DNA of 64,000 nucleotides from an uncultured Nitrospirales bacterium (GTDB lineage Bacteria > Nitrospirota > Nitrospiria > Nitrospirales > NS-4). Below, in pieces: positions 40,616 to 50,840 of this stretch. The first letter of the stretch is position 1; every line of letters begins with the position of its first letter. Made by a program: the position numbers and the translations under genes. The notes under the pieces were generated by a model. The model saw nothing but the letters and a program-made list of their open reading frames with translations, ran no database searches and was not told where the DNA came from. The stretch lies in assembly GCA_964472655.1 (NCBI GenBank), contig CAYYLQ010000012.1, positions 5,124 to 69,123 of the forward strand, in the 5' to 3' direction.

Positions 40616-42364
40616 TTACTCCTCGTCCTTGTCTTCGTGCTTTTTGTTCTTGCGGGCCGCGCGGCCCAGGGATTGATCCACTTTGCCCTGGTTGGCGTGA
40701 AAGTCTTGCATCTGCTGGCGCTCGCTGTCGCGGTGGTGTTCCCGCAGGCTCAGCGCGATCTTTCGTTCATCGCGGTCGACCTTGATGATCTTCGCGTCGA
40801 CGTTCTCGCCCACCTTGAACCGATCCTCCATCCTGGTAGCGGAATCCAGGCCCGTCTCGCTGACGTGAATGAGGCCTTCCACGCCGCCGTCGAGTTCCAC
40901 GAAAATTCCGAAGTCGGTGAGTTTCGTAACCTTGCCGCGCGTCGGGTTGCCGACTTGGTGCATTGCGGGAATCTCATGCTCCCACGGATCGGGCGTGAGC
41001 TGCTTGTAGCCGAGCGAGAGCCGTTCTTTCTCCTTGTCGATCTTGAGGACCACCACCACCACCGGCTGGCCCTTTTTGAGGATTTCGGAGGGATGCTTCA
41101 CGTGCTTGGTCCAGGACATGTCCGAAATGTGGATCAGGCCGTCCACGCCTTCGTCCAGGCCGATGAAGGCCCCGAAGTCCGTGAGGCTCTTGACCTTGCC
41201 CTCGATCTTGGTCCCGACGGGGTATTTCGTCTCCACCAGGTCCCAGGGATTCGGCGCCACCTGTTTCATGCCGAGGGAGATCTTGCGGGCGCCTTCATCC
41301 ACGTTGAGCACCTGGGCGTCCACCTGCGCGCCGACCGACACGATCTTGGAGGGGTGCCGGACTTCGTGCGACCAGGTCATTTCGGAAACGTGCACCAGCC
41401 CTTCGACGCCCGGTTCCAGTTCGATGAAGGCGCCGTAGTCGGTCAGGCTTACGACGCGTCCCTTGATCCGGGTGCTGGCGGGGTATTTCGCGGCGACGCC
41501 CATCCAGGGGTCCGCGCTCTTCTGCTTCAGCCCCAGCGACACACGGCCGGTTTCGCGGTCGTACTTGAGGACCATCACCTCGACCCGATCGCCGACCATG
41601 AAGATCTCCGACGGGTGGCCGATGCGCCCCCAGGACATGTCGGTGATGTGCAGGAGCCCGTCGATGCCGCCGAGGTCCACGAAGGCGCCGTAATCGGTGA
41701 TGTTCTTGACGGTGCCGTGCACGAGCTGGCCTTCCGTGAGATTCGCCAGGGTCCGCTGCCGGCGCTGGTCGCGCGACTCCTCGAGCAGGAGGCGGCGGGA
41801 GACGACCACGTTGCCGCGTCGCTGGTTGATCTTGATGATCTTCATGGGGAAGGACTTGCCGATCAGCTGTTCGGGGTCGCGGATCGGGTGGAGGTCGATC
41901 TGGGAACCGGGCAGGAAGGCCTTGACGCCGATGTCCACCATCATGCCGCCCTTGATGCGGCTGATGATCTTGCCCTCGACGATGGCTTCCTCGTTGAAGA
42001 TCTTTTCGAGGTCTTCCCAGACCTTCATCTTGTCCGCTTTCTCCTTGGACAGGATGAGGTTCCCTTCGCTGTCTTCGCGCTCCTCGATGTAGACGGGCAG
42101 GCGGGTGCCGGGGGAAAGCGCGGCCAGTTCCTGCGGGGAGAACTCCTCGGTGGAGATGATGCCTTCCGATTTATAGCCGATGTCCACGACGATCTTATCT
42201 TTTTTGACCGAGATGACCGTCCCTTCGATGACCGATCCTTCCTCGAAATTCTGGAAGGTCTGCTCGTACAGCGAGGCCATGGCGGCCTTTTCCGCCGATC
42301 CTGATTTCATTTGTTCCAAGGTTTCCATTCGCGTTTTGATTCCTCCCGATTTATGACCTGACAT
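40616..42364 (-). CDS. rpsA: 30S ribosomal protein S1
   Basis: Six S1 (OB-fold) repeats such as 'G.V..I.DFGAFV.L'. The alternative start ATG 42328 (METLEQ...) is possible. Confidence 0.9.
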   Translation of the reverse strand: MSGHKSGGIKTRMETLEQMKSGSAEKAAMASLYEQTFQNFEEGSVIEGTVISVKKDKIVVDIGYKSEGIISTEEFSPQELAALSPGTRLPVYIEEREDSEGNLILSKEKADKMKVWEDLEKIFNEEAIVEGKIISRIKGGMMVDIGVKAFLPGSQIDLHPIRDPEQLIGKSFPMKIIKINQRRGNVVVSRRLLLEESRDQRRQRTLANLTEGQLVHGTVKNITDYGAFVDLGGIDGLLHITDMSWGRIGHPSEIFMVGDRVEVMVLKYDRETGRVSLGLKQKSADPWMGVAAKYPASTRIKGRVVSLTDYGAFIELEPGVEGLVHVSEMTWSHEVRHPSKIVSVGAQVDAQVLNVDEGARKISLGMKQVAPNPWDLVETKYPVGTKIEGKVKSLTDFGAFIGLDEGVDGLIHISDMSWTKHVKHPSEILKKGQPVVVVVLKIDKEKERLSLGYKQLTPDPWEHEIPAMHQVGNPTRGKVTKLTDFGIFVELDGGVEGLIHVSETGLDSATRMEDRFKVGENVDAKIIKVDRDERKIALSLREHHRDSERQQMQDFHANQGKVDQSLGRAARKNKKHEDKDEE

Positions 42365-42403
42365 ACAGGACTACAGGGTTAAGGGTTAACTGCGTGCGGG
42401 CCG

Positions 42404-43042
42404 TCATGCGGGTGAAGGGGATGCGACCCCCTCCAGTGCCGCGATGCGGTCCATGATCTCCTGACTGATCTGCTGGTACACGTCCTTCTTCTTGCTCTCG
42501 CCGTCCAACTCCTTCAGGAGCGCCGCGAAATCCATCGGCGCTCCGTACGTCACCCGGATCGGCCGCAGCCGGATCCACTTGGCCCCTGGCGGCAGCACGT
42601 CGAACGTGCCCGCCAGGTAGGCGGGGACCACGGGACACCCTGTCGCCGCGACGATCATCCCGATGCCCGGCTTGCCGAGCTGGAGTTGCCCGTCCTCCGT
42701 GCGGCCTCCCTCCGGGTAGATGACGACCGCCCGTCCGGCCTTGATGCGGGTGATGGCTTCTTCGAACCCGCCGCGGTCCACGCGCTCCCGGCGGATCGGA
42801 ATCCAGCCCAGGTAGCGCATCAGCCAGCCCACCGACCCGTCGAAGAGATCCATCCGGCCCATGAACGACGCCTGCCGGCGCATCCCGCATCCCAAAATCG
42901 GGATGTCGAGGTAGCTGGCGTGGTTCGCGGCGATCAGCACGCCCCCGGTCCTCGGGATGTGATGCTGCCCGGACACCTTCAAGCGAAACAGCGCCGTCGC
43001 ACCCAGCCGGACGATGACCCACGTCACCCAGTAAAGCAACAT
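42404..43042 (-). CDS. plsC: 1-acyl-sn-glycerol-3-phosphate acyltransferase
   Basis: Starts at an internal ATG (aa 29 of the track ORF) 1 nt after the cmk stop. HX4D 'NHASYLD'; 'IYPEGGRT'. Confidence 0.85.
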   Translation of the reverse strand: MLLYWVTWVIVRLGATALFRLKVSGQHHIPRTGGVLIAANHASYLDIPILGCGMRRQASFMGRMDLFDGSVGWLMRYLGWIPIRRERVDRGGFEEAITRIKAGRAVVIYPEGGRTEDGQLQLGKPGIGMIVAATGCPVVPAYLAGTFDVLPPGAKWIRLRPIRVTYGAPMDFAALLKELDGESKKKDVYQQISQEIMDRIAALEGVASPSPA

Positions 43043-43043
43043 C

Positions 43044-43793
43044 TCAGCGCAGGGCGGCTGCTTTGCGCTCGATGACGCGCGCCATCCGTTCGACGACTTC
43101 CTCGACCGTGAGCCGGCTCGTATCAATGAGCACGGCGTCCGGGGCAGCCGCCAGCGGAGCGGCCCCCCTGGTCCGATCGCGCCCGTCCCGAAGCTCCATC
43201 TCCCGGCGCGTCTCCGTCAAATTCGCCGGCCCGCCCGAGGCCGCGAGTTCTTCGTGGCGCCGGCGCGCCCGTTCCTGCGGCGCGGCCTCCAGGAAAAACT
43301 TCACCGGCGCATGGGGGAATACGCGCGTTCCCATGTCCCGGCCCTCGGCGACCATGCCGCGGACTCCCGGCTCTCGCCCGAAAGTCTGCTGCACCGGCAG
43401 CAGCCAGGCCCGCACGTCCGGCAGGGCAGCCACCTGAGAAGCCGCGCGACTCACCTCCGGCGTCCTCAACTCCGCCGTGAGGACGCGTCCATCCATTTCG
43501 ACGCCCATCCCGCCGCCGGCCCGGGACGACACCTTCAGCGTCGTCTTTTCGCAGAGACGCCGTATGGCTGCCGGCTCTGTCGGATCGGTCCCTGTGGTCA
43601 GGGCCTTCCACGCGACGGCCCGGTAGAGGGCACCGGAGTCGAGATACGTGTAGCCGAGTCGAGAGGCGATCAGCTTGGCGACGGTGCTCTTGCCTACCCC
43701 GGAAGGGCCGTCAATCGCAACGACCATCGGCGGGGTTCTGTCGTCGCCCCCTTGCGGGGGCTTCGCGTCCCACGAAGTTGGTATTGTATTCAT
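43044..43793 (-). CDS. cmk: Cytidylate kinase
   Basis: 'VVAIDGPSGVGKSTVAKLIASRLGYTYLDSGALYRA'. ATG 43793 overlaps the aroA stop (ATGA). ATG 43727 is an alternative start. Confidence 0.9.
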   Translation of the reverse strand: MNTIPTSWDAKPPQGGDDRTPPMVVAIDGPSGVGKSTVAKLIASRLGYTYLDSGALYRAVAWKALTTGTDPTEPAAIRRLCEKTTLKVSSRAGGGMGVEMDGRVLTAELRTPEVSRAASQVAALPDVRAWLLPVQQTFGREPGVRGMVAEGRDMGTRVFPHAPVKFFLEAAPQERARRRHEELAASGGPANLTETRREMELRDGRDRTRGAAPLAAAPDAVLIDTSRLTVEEVVERMARVIERKAAALR

Positions 43794-45064
43794 CCTTGCC
43801 CCGAGGGTGTCAATAACCCTCTCAATTTCTTGTCGAATTCCGGGAACGATGTCGCCACACAGGCCCTATCCTCGACCCGCGTTTTGCCGCGCGCCGCCAG
43901 CCCCGCGATCGTCATGGACATGGCCACCCGATGGTCACCGTGGCTCTGGCAGACGGCTCCTTTCAGGGGCCGGCCGCCGGCAATGCGCATGCCATCGGAG
44001 CGTTCTTCGATTTCGGCGCCCAGGCGGCGCAGCTCCGTGGCCATGGTCGCGATCCGGTCGCTCTCTTTGACGCGGAGTTCGCGCGCTCCCGAGATTACGG
44101 TTTCGCCCTCCGCGCAGGCGGCCGCGACACAGAGGATCGGAAACTCGTCGATTGTCTGCGGGATGCGGCTGGGTCCGATCGCAATCCCGCGGAGCGGCGC
44201 CGAGCGGACCCGCAGGTCCGCCACCGGCTCGCCGGCCTGCACGCGGGGATTCACCAGCTCGATCTTGGCGCCCATGTCCCGCAGCACATCCAAGATTCCC
44301 GTCCGCGTCGGGTTGACCCCCACGCCCGTGATCGTGACATCGGAGTTGGGCACCAGCGAAGCGCCGACGAGAAAAAACGCGGCCGCCGAGAGGTCGCCCG
44401 CCACGGCGATATCCTTGGCCGCGAACGGGTGCGGTCCGGTGAAGCTGACGGTGAGGCCGTGCCTAGTCAGCGGGATGCCGAGATAGTCGAAGAGGCGTTC
44501 CGTGTGGTCCCGCGAGAGGGCCGGCTCGGTCACGCTCGTCGCGCCCTTCGCGAAGAGGCCGGCCAGGAGCACGGACGATTTAACCTGTGCGCTGGCGATC
44601 GGGGACCGGTAGGCGATCCCCCGCAGGCGCGTCCCGGTGATGGCCAGCGGTGCGAGCTCGCCCCCCTGGCGGCCGGTGATCAATGCACCCATTTCGCGGA
44701 GCGGCCCGACCACACGGCCCATGGGACGCCGCCGAGTGGATTCGTCGCCGGTCAACATGGAAAAGAAATCCTGCCCGGCCAGCACGCCGGCGAGCAGGCG
44801 GATGCCCGTGCCGGAGTTCCCGCAGTCCACGATCGAGTCGGGTTCACGCAGGCCTCTGAGGCCCTTCCCCGCGACGCGCAGGCGGTCTGGTCCGATGTCG
44901 ATCGAAACGCCCATCGCCCGGAACGCGGACGCGGTGTGCAGGCAGTCTTGGCCGTGGCAGTAGTTGGAGATCACGGCCTCGCCGTCCGCGAGCGCACTGA
45001 GGATGATCGCACGGTGCGTGATGGACTTGTCGCCCGGAACGGTCACTGTGCCGCGCAGGGCCAT
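43790..45064 (-). CDS. aroA: 3-phosphoshikimate 1-carboxyvinyltransferase (EPSP synthase)
   Basis: Starts at an internal ATG (aa 55 of the track ORF) that overlaps the tyrA TAA (TAATG). 'VPGDKSITHRAIILSALA', 'NSGTGIRLLAG', 'RPMGR'. Confidence 0.9.
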   Translation of the reverse strand: MALRGTVTVPGDKSITHRAIILSALADGEAVISNYCHGQDCLHTASAFRAMGVSIDIGPDRLRVAGKGLRGLREPDSIVDCGNSGTGIRLLAGVLAGQDFFSMLTGDESTRRRPMGRVVGPLREMGALITGRQGGELAPLAITGTRLRGIAYRSPIASAQVKSSVLLAGLFAKGATSVTEPALSRDHTERLFDYLGIPLTRHGLTVSFTGPHPFAAKDIAVAGDLSAAAFFLVGASLVPNSDVTITGVGVNPTRTGILDVLRDMGAKIELVNPRVQAGEPVADLRVRSAPLRGIAIGPSRIPQTIDEFPILCVAAACAEGETVISGARELRVKESDRIATMATELRRLGAEIEERSDGMRIAGGRPLKGAVCQSHGDHRVAMSMTIAGLAARGKTRVEDRACVATSFPEFDKKLRGLLTPSGQG

Positions 45065-45936
45065 TACGTGATCTTCTCCCGCAGGTCTTTCGCCTGTGCA
45101 AACTCGCGGGCGAGGCCCTCGCCGTCGCCAGCCTTGACCAGCGCCTTGAGGCGTTCGAGACGCGCCCGGTAGATGTCGATCTGGCTCACGAGGTTGTCGC
45201 GGTTCCAGAGGCAGATGTCGCGCCACATCTCGGGCGACGAGGCGGCAACGCGGGTGATGTCCTTGTACCCCCCTCCGGAATAGAGTTGCAGGTCGAGGCC
45301 CGGCGTCTGCGTCTCCTGGATGGACGCCACGGCGTTCACCAACGCGAAGGCGGCTATGTGTGGCAGGTGGCTGATCGCGCCCAGCACGCGGTCGTGCAGG
45401 TCCGGCTCCATCTCCGTGATCCGCGCGCCGGTCGCTTCCCAGAGCCGGCGGACCAGGCTCAAGGCGGCGGGATCGGTCTTCGGGGTCGGCGTCAGGATGC
45501 AGAGAGCGCCGCGGTACAGTTCGAGGCTTGCCGCGCCCACGCCGGTCTTCTCTTTGCCGGCGATCGGATGTGCGCCGACCACCCGCGCGCCGGCCGGCGC
45601 GAGCGCTTCCATGCGCGACACCAGCGGGCCCTTGACGCTGCCGACGTCGGTGATCACGGCGCCGGCCGCCAACCTGGGCGCGCAGGTCTTCAGCGCCGCT
45701 TCGAAGGTGTCCACCGGTGTGGCCAGCACGAGCAGATCCGAGCCCGACGCCGCCTCTGCCAGGTCGGTCGTATAGCGGTCGATGGCTTTGAGTGCAACGG
45801 CCTTCTTGAGGTTCTCGATCCGCCGGCCGGTGCCGACGACGGCGCCGACGAGGCCCTGCTGCTTGCAGATCATCCCGAGGGAGCCGCCGATGAGGCCCAC
45901 CCCGACGATGGTCATCTGCTTGAACAACATCCCCAT
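45064..45936 (-). CDS. tyrA: Prephenate dehydrogenase
   Basis: Starts at an internal ATG (aa 86 of the track ORF) that overlaps the aroF TGA. 'MTIVGVGLIGGSLG', 'GAHPIAG', 'HDRVLGAISHLPH'. Confidence 0.85.
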   Translation of the reverse strand: MGMLFKQMTIVGVGLIGGSLGMICKQQGLVGAVVGTGRRIENLKKAVALKAIDRYTTDLAEAASGSDLLVLATPVDTFEAALKTCAPRLAAGAVITDVGSVKGPLVSRMEALAPAGARVVGAHPIAGKEKTGVGAASLELYRGALCILTPTPKTDPAALSLVRRLWEATGARITEMEPDLHDRVLGAISHLPHIAAFALVNAVASIQETQTPGLDLQLYSGGGYKDITRVAASSPEMWRDICLWNRDNLVSQIDIYRARLERLKALVKAGDGEGLAREFAQAKDLREKIT

Positions 45937-46949
45937 CAGATCTCGCGCCCGACCGCCTCCGCGATTTTTTTCAGGTCCTTCATCAGCTCCTTGAACTTGG
46001 CAGGCTTGAGCGACTCCTCGCCGTCGCAGAGCGCGCACTCGGGGTTGGAATGGACTTCGATCAGCAGGCCGTCCGCGCCGGCCGCAATGGCGGCCTTGGC
46101 CATCGGCGCCACCAGCGCCCATTTGCCCGTGGCGTGGCTCGGGTCCACGATGACGGGGAGGTGCGACAGTTCCTTGAGGGTCGGCACGCACGAGAGGTCC
46201 AGCGTGTTGCGGTACTGGGACTCGAAGGTCCGGATGCCGCGCTCGCAGAACATCACGTTCTTATTGCCCCGCGACATGATGTATTCCGCTGACAGGAGCC
46301 ATTCCTTGATCGTCGCCGAGAGGCCGCGCTTGAGCAGCACCGGCTTGTCGTACGCGCCGACTTCCTTCAGCAGCTCGAAGTTCTGCATGTTGCGCGCGCC
46401 GATCTGGATGATGTCCGTCTTCGCGAGAAAAAACTCGATGTCGCGCGGATCGAGGATCTCGCTGACGACGGGCAGGCCGGTCTGCCGCTTGGCCTCCGCC
46501 AGAAAGTCCAGGCCCTCGTTGCCGAGACCCTGGAAGGCGTACGGCGAGGTGCGGGGCTTGTACGCGCCGCCGCGGAGGATGTTGGCGCCGGCGGCCTTCA
46601 CTTCCTGCGCGATCCCCACCGTCAGCTCTTTCTTCTCCACGGCGCAGGGGCCGGCCATGATCGCCAGCTTCTTGGCGCCGACCTTGACGCCGCTCACGTC
46701 GACGATCGTGTCGTCTTTCTTGAATTCGCGTCCCGCCAGTTTCCAGGGCGCCAGGATCGGCACCACGTCTTCGACTCCGGGGATCGCCCGGAACGGCTGG
46801 TTGGCGATCAGGCGGTCGTCGCCGATCACGCCGATGATGGCCCGCTCCTGCCCTTTGGACAGGTGCGGGGTCAGGCCCAGCTCCTTGATGCGGTCCATCA
46901 CGTGGTCGATTTCTTTTGCGGTGGCATCGGGTTTCAACACGATAATCAT
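45936..46949 (-). CDS. aroF: 3-deoxy-7-phosphoheptulonate (DAHP) synthase, type I-beta with N-terminal regulatory domain
   Basis: 'MAGPCAVE', 'LRGGAYKPRTSPYAFQGLG', 'IGARNMQNF' and 'VDPSHATG'. The N-terminal about 70 aa form a ferredoxin-like extension. Confidence 0.9.
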   Translation of the reverse strand: MIIVLKPDATAKEIDHVMDRIKELGLTPHLSKGQERAIIGVIGDDRLIANQPFRAIPGVEDVVPILAPWKLAGREFKKDDTIVDVSGVKVGAKKLAIMAGPCAVEKKELTVGIAQEVKAAGANILRGGAYKPRTSPYAFQGLGNEGLDFLAEAKRQTGLPVVSEILDPRDIEFFLAKTDIIQIGARNMQNFELLKEVGAYDKPVLLKRGLSATIKEWLLSAEYIMSRGNKNVMFCERGIRTFESQYRNTLDLSCVPTLKELSHLPVIVDPSHATGKWALVAPMAKAAIAAGADGLLIEVHSNPECALCDGEESLKPAKFKELMKDLKKIAEAVGREI

Positions 46950-46970
46950 GAACAGGATCTCCTTAAATCT

Positions 46971-48050
46971 TTATGAATGCAGCACTGCCTGGAGCGCTGT
47001 GATGAATCGTTCATTTTCCTGGGGCAAGCCGATCGTGACCCGGAGAAAGGCGCCTCCCAGGTGCCGGACGATGACACCTTGCCTGAGCAGGGCTTCGAAC
47101 ACGGCCTTGCCGTCTCGCTTCACGTTGAAGTAGAGGAAGTTGGCCTGGCTGGGGACGACGCGCAGCCCCAGGGCCTTCAGACGTTCCGTGAGGATGCCCA
47201 GGCCCTCGGTATTCAGTCGTCGGCTCTCGCGGACATGCTCCTCGTCACCAAGGGCGGCCAGCGCGGCCTTCTGGGCGAGGCTGTTGGTGTTGAACGGCGG
47301 GCGGATGCGGTTCAAGTGCTCGACGATCTCCGGCGTTGTCAGGCCGTAGCCGATCCGCAGGCCGGCCAGCCCGTAGATCTTCGAGAAAGTCCGCAGCAGC
47401 ACGACGTTACGGCCGGACTTGAGGATTGCCAGGGTATCCGGGTAATCGGCGGCCGTCACGTATTCGTAGTAGGCTTCGTCGAAGACGACGATCACGTCGG
47501 GGGGGATCGCCTGCAGGAAGGCCGATACTTCGGCGGCCGTGACGTACGTGCCGGTCGGGTTGTTCGGGTTGCACACGAACACCAGCCGGGTCTTCTTGGT
47601 CACGGCCTTCGCCATGGCGGGCAGGTCGTGACGGAAATCTTTCAATGGCACCTGCACCAGCTTGCCGTGGGCGGCCGTGACGTCGATCTTATAGACGACG
47701 AAGCTGGGATCGGCCATCACCGCCTTGTCCCCCGGCTCCAGGAAGGCTTTGGTCAGCATGGTGATGATCTCGTCCGAGCCGTTGCCGAGAATGATCTGGT
47801 CCGGGGAAACCTTCCAGCGGTCCGCCAGGGCCCGGCGGAGGTAGTGGCCGCCGCCGTCCGGATAGCGGTGCAGGGTCTTCGCGGCTTCGTTCAGGACGGC
47901 CAGCGCCTTGGGCGACGGCCCGCGCGGGTTCTCGTTCGACGCCAGCTTGATCGAGCCGGTGATGCCGAACTCGCGCTCCAGTTCCTCGATCGGCTTGCCG
48001 GGCGAGTAGGGGGTGATACCGGCGATGTCGGGGCTGATTCGAATGGCCAT
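46971..48050 (-). CDS. hisC: Histidinol-phosphate/aromatic aminotransferase
   Basis: 'LASNENP', 'CNPNNPTG' and 'RTFSKIYGLAGLRIGY'. Embedded in the aromatic amino-acid operon. Confidence 0.9.
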   Translation of the reverse strand: MAIRISPDIAGITPYSPGKPIEELEREFGITGSIKLASNENPRGPSPKALAVLNEAAKTLHRYPDGGGHYLRRALADRWKVSPDQIILGNGSDEIITMLTKAFLEPGDKAVMADPSFVVYKIDVTAAHGKLVQVPLKDFRHDLPAMAKAVTKKTRLVFVCNPNNPTGTYVTAAEVSAFLQAIPPDVIVVFDEAYYEYVTAADYPDTLAILKSGRNVVLLRTFSKIYGLAGLRIGYGLTTPEIVEHLNRIRPPFNTNSLAQKAALAALGDEEHVRESRRLNTEGLGILTERLKALGLRVVPSQANFLYFNVKRDGKAVFEALLRQGVIVRHLGGAFLRVTIGLPQENERFITALQAVLHS

Positions 48051-48059
48051 GGGTGTCTC

Positions 48060-49142
48060 TCAGCCGTGCGCGGGATAGGAGCCCAGGATCTTGAAGAACA
48101 GACACCGGGATTTGAGCTCGGCCAGGGCTTTCTTGATCCGGTCTTCGTCCACGTGGCCCTCGATGTCGATGAAGAAGATGTATTCCCAGGCTTTGCGGCG
48201 CGACGGCCGCGATTCGATTTTGCTGAGGTTCACGCCGGAGGAAGCGAAGGGACGCAATAAATCGTAGAGAGCGCCGACCTTGTCCTTGACCGACAGCATG
48301 ATGGAGGTCTTGTCCTTGCCGGTCCGCTCCGCGGGTTTGAGGGAGAGCACCAGGAACCGGGTGAAGTTGTTGATGTTGTCCTCGATCCGTGCCTTCAAGA
48401 CCTTCAAGCCGTACAGCTGCCCCGCCAGTTCCGACGCGATGGCTGCGGCCGTGGGATCGTCGGCGCAGATCTCGGCCGCGCGGGCCGTGCTGTGCACTTC
48501 CGAGGTCGGCACGCCCGGCAGGTTGGTCTCCAGCCAATTCCGGCACTGGGCGATCGCGTGCGGGTGCGAGTAGATTTTCTTGATCGCGCTCAACGAGCCT
48601 GCCTTCGAGAGCAGGTGGTGCGAGACCTCCTGGAGCACCTCGCCGTAAATCTGGAGGTTGGAGTCGATGAACATGTCGAGGGTGTGGTTGACCACGCCTT
48701 CGGTAGAATTCTCGATCGGCACCACGCCGAAATCGGCCCGGCCCCGCTCGACCTCGTTGAAGACTTCCTTGATGGAGGTCATCGGCACGTACTGGGCCGA
48801 CGAGCCGAATTTGCGGATGCAGGCCAGGTGCGTGAACGTGGCGGAGGGGCCCAGGTAGGCCACCTTCAGCGGCCCTTCCAGGGCCAGCGATCCGGACATG
48901 ATCTCGCGGTACACGGCCCGCAGGGCGTCGCTGGGGAACGGGCCGGGATTGTTCTTGACGATCCGGTCGAGAATCTCGGCCTCACGGGCGGGCGTGTGCA
49001 GATTGGCCTGCGAGTCCTGGGCCTTCTTGAATTTGCCGATCTCGATGACGTAGCGGGCGCGTTCGTTCAGCAGACGAATGACCTCGTCATCGATCTTGTC
49101 GATTTCCTTGCGATAGCTCTGCAGCGACTTAGGGTCTTTCAT
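48060..49142 (-). CDS. pheA: Bifunctional chorismate mutase / prephenate dehydratase
   Basis: CM 'LQSYRKEIDKIDDEVIRLLNERA', PDT 'VAYLGPSATFTH', and ACT 'TSIMLSVKDKVGALYDLL...ESRPS'. ATG 49142 is preferred over the track GTG 49172. Confidence 0.9.
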   Translation of the reverse strand: MKDPKSLQSYRKEIDKIDDEVIRLLNERARYVIEIGKFKKAQDSQANLHTPAREAEILDRIVKNNPGPFPSDALRAVYREIMSGSLALEGPLKVAYLGPSATFTHLACIRKFGSSAQYVPMTSIKEVFNEVERGRADFGVVPIENSTEGVVNHTLDMFIDSNLQIYGEVLQEVSHHLLSKAGSLSAIKKIYSHPHAIAQCRNWLETNLPGVPTSEVHSTARAAEICADDPTAAAIASELAGQLYGLKVLKARIEDNINNFTRFLVLSLKPAERTGKDKTSIMLSVKDKVGALYDLLRPFASSGVNLSKIESRPSRRKAWEYIFFIDIEGHVDEDRIKKALAELKSRCLFFKILGSYPAHG

Positions 49143-49214
49143 GAAATCCGCCGTCCAAAAGGGAAAAAGCACTATACCGGACGGCGGCTAATTTTGCAAG
49201 GATTTCAACAGGTA

Positions 49215-50228
49215 CTACGCCAGCAGGTCTTTTTGTTTGCCGAAGTGCTGAAACGCGAGGCGAGTGGAGACCCGGCCGCGGGAGCTCCGTTCAAGGTAGC
49301 CGGCCTGGATCAGGTAAGGTTCGTACACGTCTTCCACGGTGCCTTTGTCTTCCCCCATGGCTGCGGCGAGGGATTCGAGGCCCACCGGCCCACCGCCGAA
49401 CTTCTCGATGATCGTCAGGAGCAGCTTGCGGTCCATGTCGTCGAAGCCGGCGCTGTCCACGCCGATCCAGGCCAGGGCCGCGTCGGCGATCTCGCGGGTA
49501 ACGCGCCCGTCGGCCTTCACCTGGGCGAAGTCACGCACGCGCCGGAGGAGGCGGTTGGCGATGCGGGGCGTGCCGCGGGAGCGGCGGGCCACTTCGGCCG
49601 CGCCGGACTCGTCGATCACCATCTTCAGGATGCGGGCGGAGCGCCTGACGATGATCTCCAGTTCTTCCGGAGTGTAGAAGTCCAGCCGCTGGACCAAGCC
49701 GAACCGGTCTCTCAAGGGGGACGTGAGCGAGCCGGCGCGCGTTGTCGCCCCGACCAGCGTGAACCGAGGCAAATCGAGCTTGATCGTCCGGGAAGACGGT
49801 CCCTGGCCGATGATGAGGTCGAGCTGGTAATCCTCCATGGCGGGATAGAGCGCCTCCTCGACGGGAGCCGGCAGGCGGTGGATCTCGTCGATGAACAGCA
49901 CGTCGCCCCGCTGGAGGTTCGTCAGGATGGCGGCGAGGTCGCCCGCGTGGTTCAGCACAATGCCGGAAGTGGATTGGATGGCCACGCCCATCTCCCTGGC
50001 GATGATGTGGGCAATGGTGGTTTTGCCGACGCCGGGCGGGCCGTAGAAGATGCAGTGGTCGAGTGCGTCGCCGCGCTGCTTCGCCGCGTCCATGCAAATG
50101 CGCAGCGATTCCTTCATCCGCGCCTGGCCGACGTACTCGTCGATCGTCTGCGGCCGCAGCGAGGCCTCGAAGCTCTTCTCATCGTCCGCCGGCTGCGTCG
50201 CGATGATGCGATCCGGGTGCTCAGGCAT
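49215..50228 (-). CDS. ruvB: Holliday junction branch-migration helicase RuvB
   Basis: '[12 protein letters not shown]', Walker A 'GPPGVGKTT', and 'LFIDEIHRL'. Confidence 0.95.
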   Translation of the reverse strand: MPEHPDRIIATQPADDEKSFEASLRPQTIDEYVGQARMKESLRICMDAAKQRGDALDHCIFYGPPGVGKTTIAHIIAREMGVAIQSTSGIVLNHAGDLAAILTNLQRGDVLFIDEIHRLPAPVEEALYPAMEDYQLDLIIGQGPSSRTIKLDLPRFTLVGATTRAGSLTSPLRDRFGLVQRLDFYTPEELEIIVRRSARILKMVIDESGAAEVARRSRGTPRIANRLLRRVRDFAQVKADGRVTREIADAALAWIGVDSAGFDDMDRKLLLTIIEKFGGGPVGLESLAAAMGEDKGTVEDVYEPYLIQAGYLERSSRGRVSTRLAFQHFGKQKDLLA

Positions 50229-50234
50229 GGTCCG

Positions 50235-50840
50235 CTACTTCGCCAGTTCTTTCAGGGCCGAGCGGATGATATCGGGAAGGTGGGTCTCACCGTTGCGGCC
50301 GGCCAGCACCTGTTTGACGACGTCCTTCACGTCGCCGGCCTTGTAGCCGAGGTTCACGAGGGCCGAGAGAGCGTCGTCCATGAGTTTGCCGGAGGGCTCG
50401 GCGGCCTTCGCAGCGCGGTGATCGGCGGCCGCGCCCAGCTTGTCGACCTTGTCCTTGAGTTCCAGCGCCAGGCGCCCGGCCGACTTTTTGCCGATCCCCG
50501 GAACGGACGCCAACGTCTTCTGGTCGTCGTTGCGGACGGCCGCCGCGAGGTCGTCCACGCTCAGCGAGGAGATCACGCTCAAGGCCAGCTTGGGCCCGAT
50601 GCCGGACACGCTGAGCAGCATCAGGAATGCGTCTTTCTCGCGTTGCGTGGAAAAGCCGAACAACTGGATGGCGTCCTCGCGGACGTGGGTATGGATGGTG
50701 AGAGAAACGGATTGATCGGCGTCGGGGAGCCGATAGTAGGTGCTGAGCGGGATCAGGACATCGTAGCCGACGCCCTGCACATCGATGACGACTCCTCCCG
50801 GGTGCTTTGATGCGAGGCGGCCGGTGAGCGAAGCGATCAT
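50235..50840 (-). CDS. ruvA: Holliday junction DNA-binding protein RuvA
   Basis: 'MIASLTGRL...VVIDVQGVGYDV', HhH motifs 'VSGIGPKLAL' and 'VPGIGKKSAGRL'. Confidence 0.95.
   Translation of the reverse strand: MIASLTGRLASKHPGGVVIDVQGVGYDVLIPLSTYYRLPDADQSVSLTIHTHVREDAIQLFGFSTQREKDAFLMLLSVSGIGPKLALSVISSLSVDDLAAAVRNDDQKTLASVPGIGKKSAGRLALELKDKVDKLGAAADHRAAKAAEPSGKLMDDALSALVNLGYKAGDVKDVVKQVLAGRNGETHLPDIIRSALKELAK

Noticed and set aside
40589-42304. 571-aa plus-strand ORF
   Set aside because: Antisense shadow of rpsA, whose six S1 repeats are unmistakable on the minus strand. Composition is biased and no motifs are present.
43254-47133. Several 400-615-aa plus-strand ORFs (43254..44486, 43931..45172, 45286..47133)
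   Set aside because: They are antisense to cmk, aroA, tyrA and aroF, all of which carry diagnostic motifs. The plus-strand translations are Arg/Ala/Gly/Pro-rich with no recognisable features.
48492-50810. 772-aa plus-strand ORF
   Set aside because: It spans pheA, ruvB and ruvA on the opposite strand and crosses two intergenic gaps. This is a typical high-GC antisense open frame.
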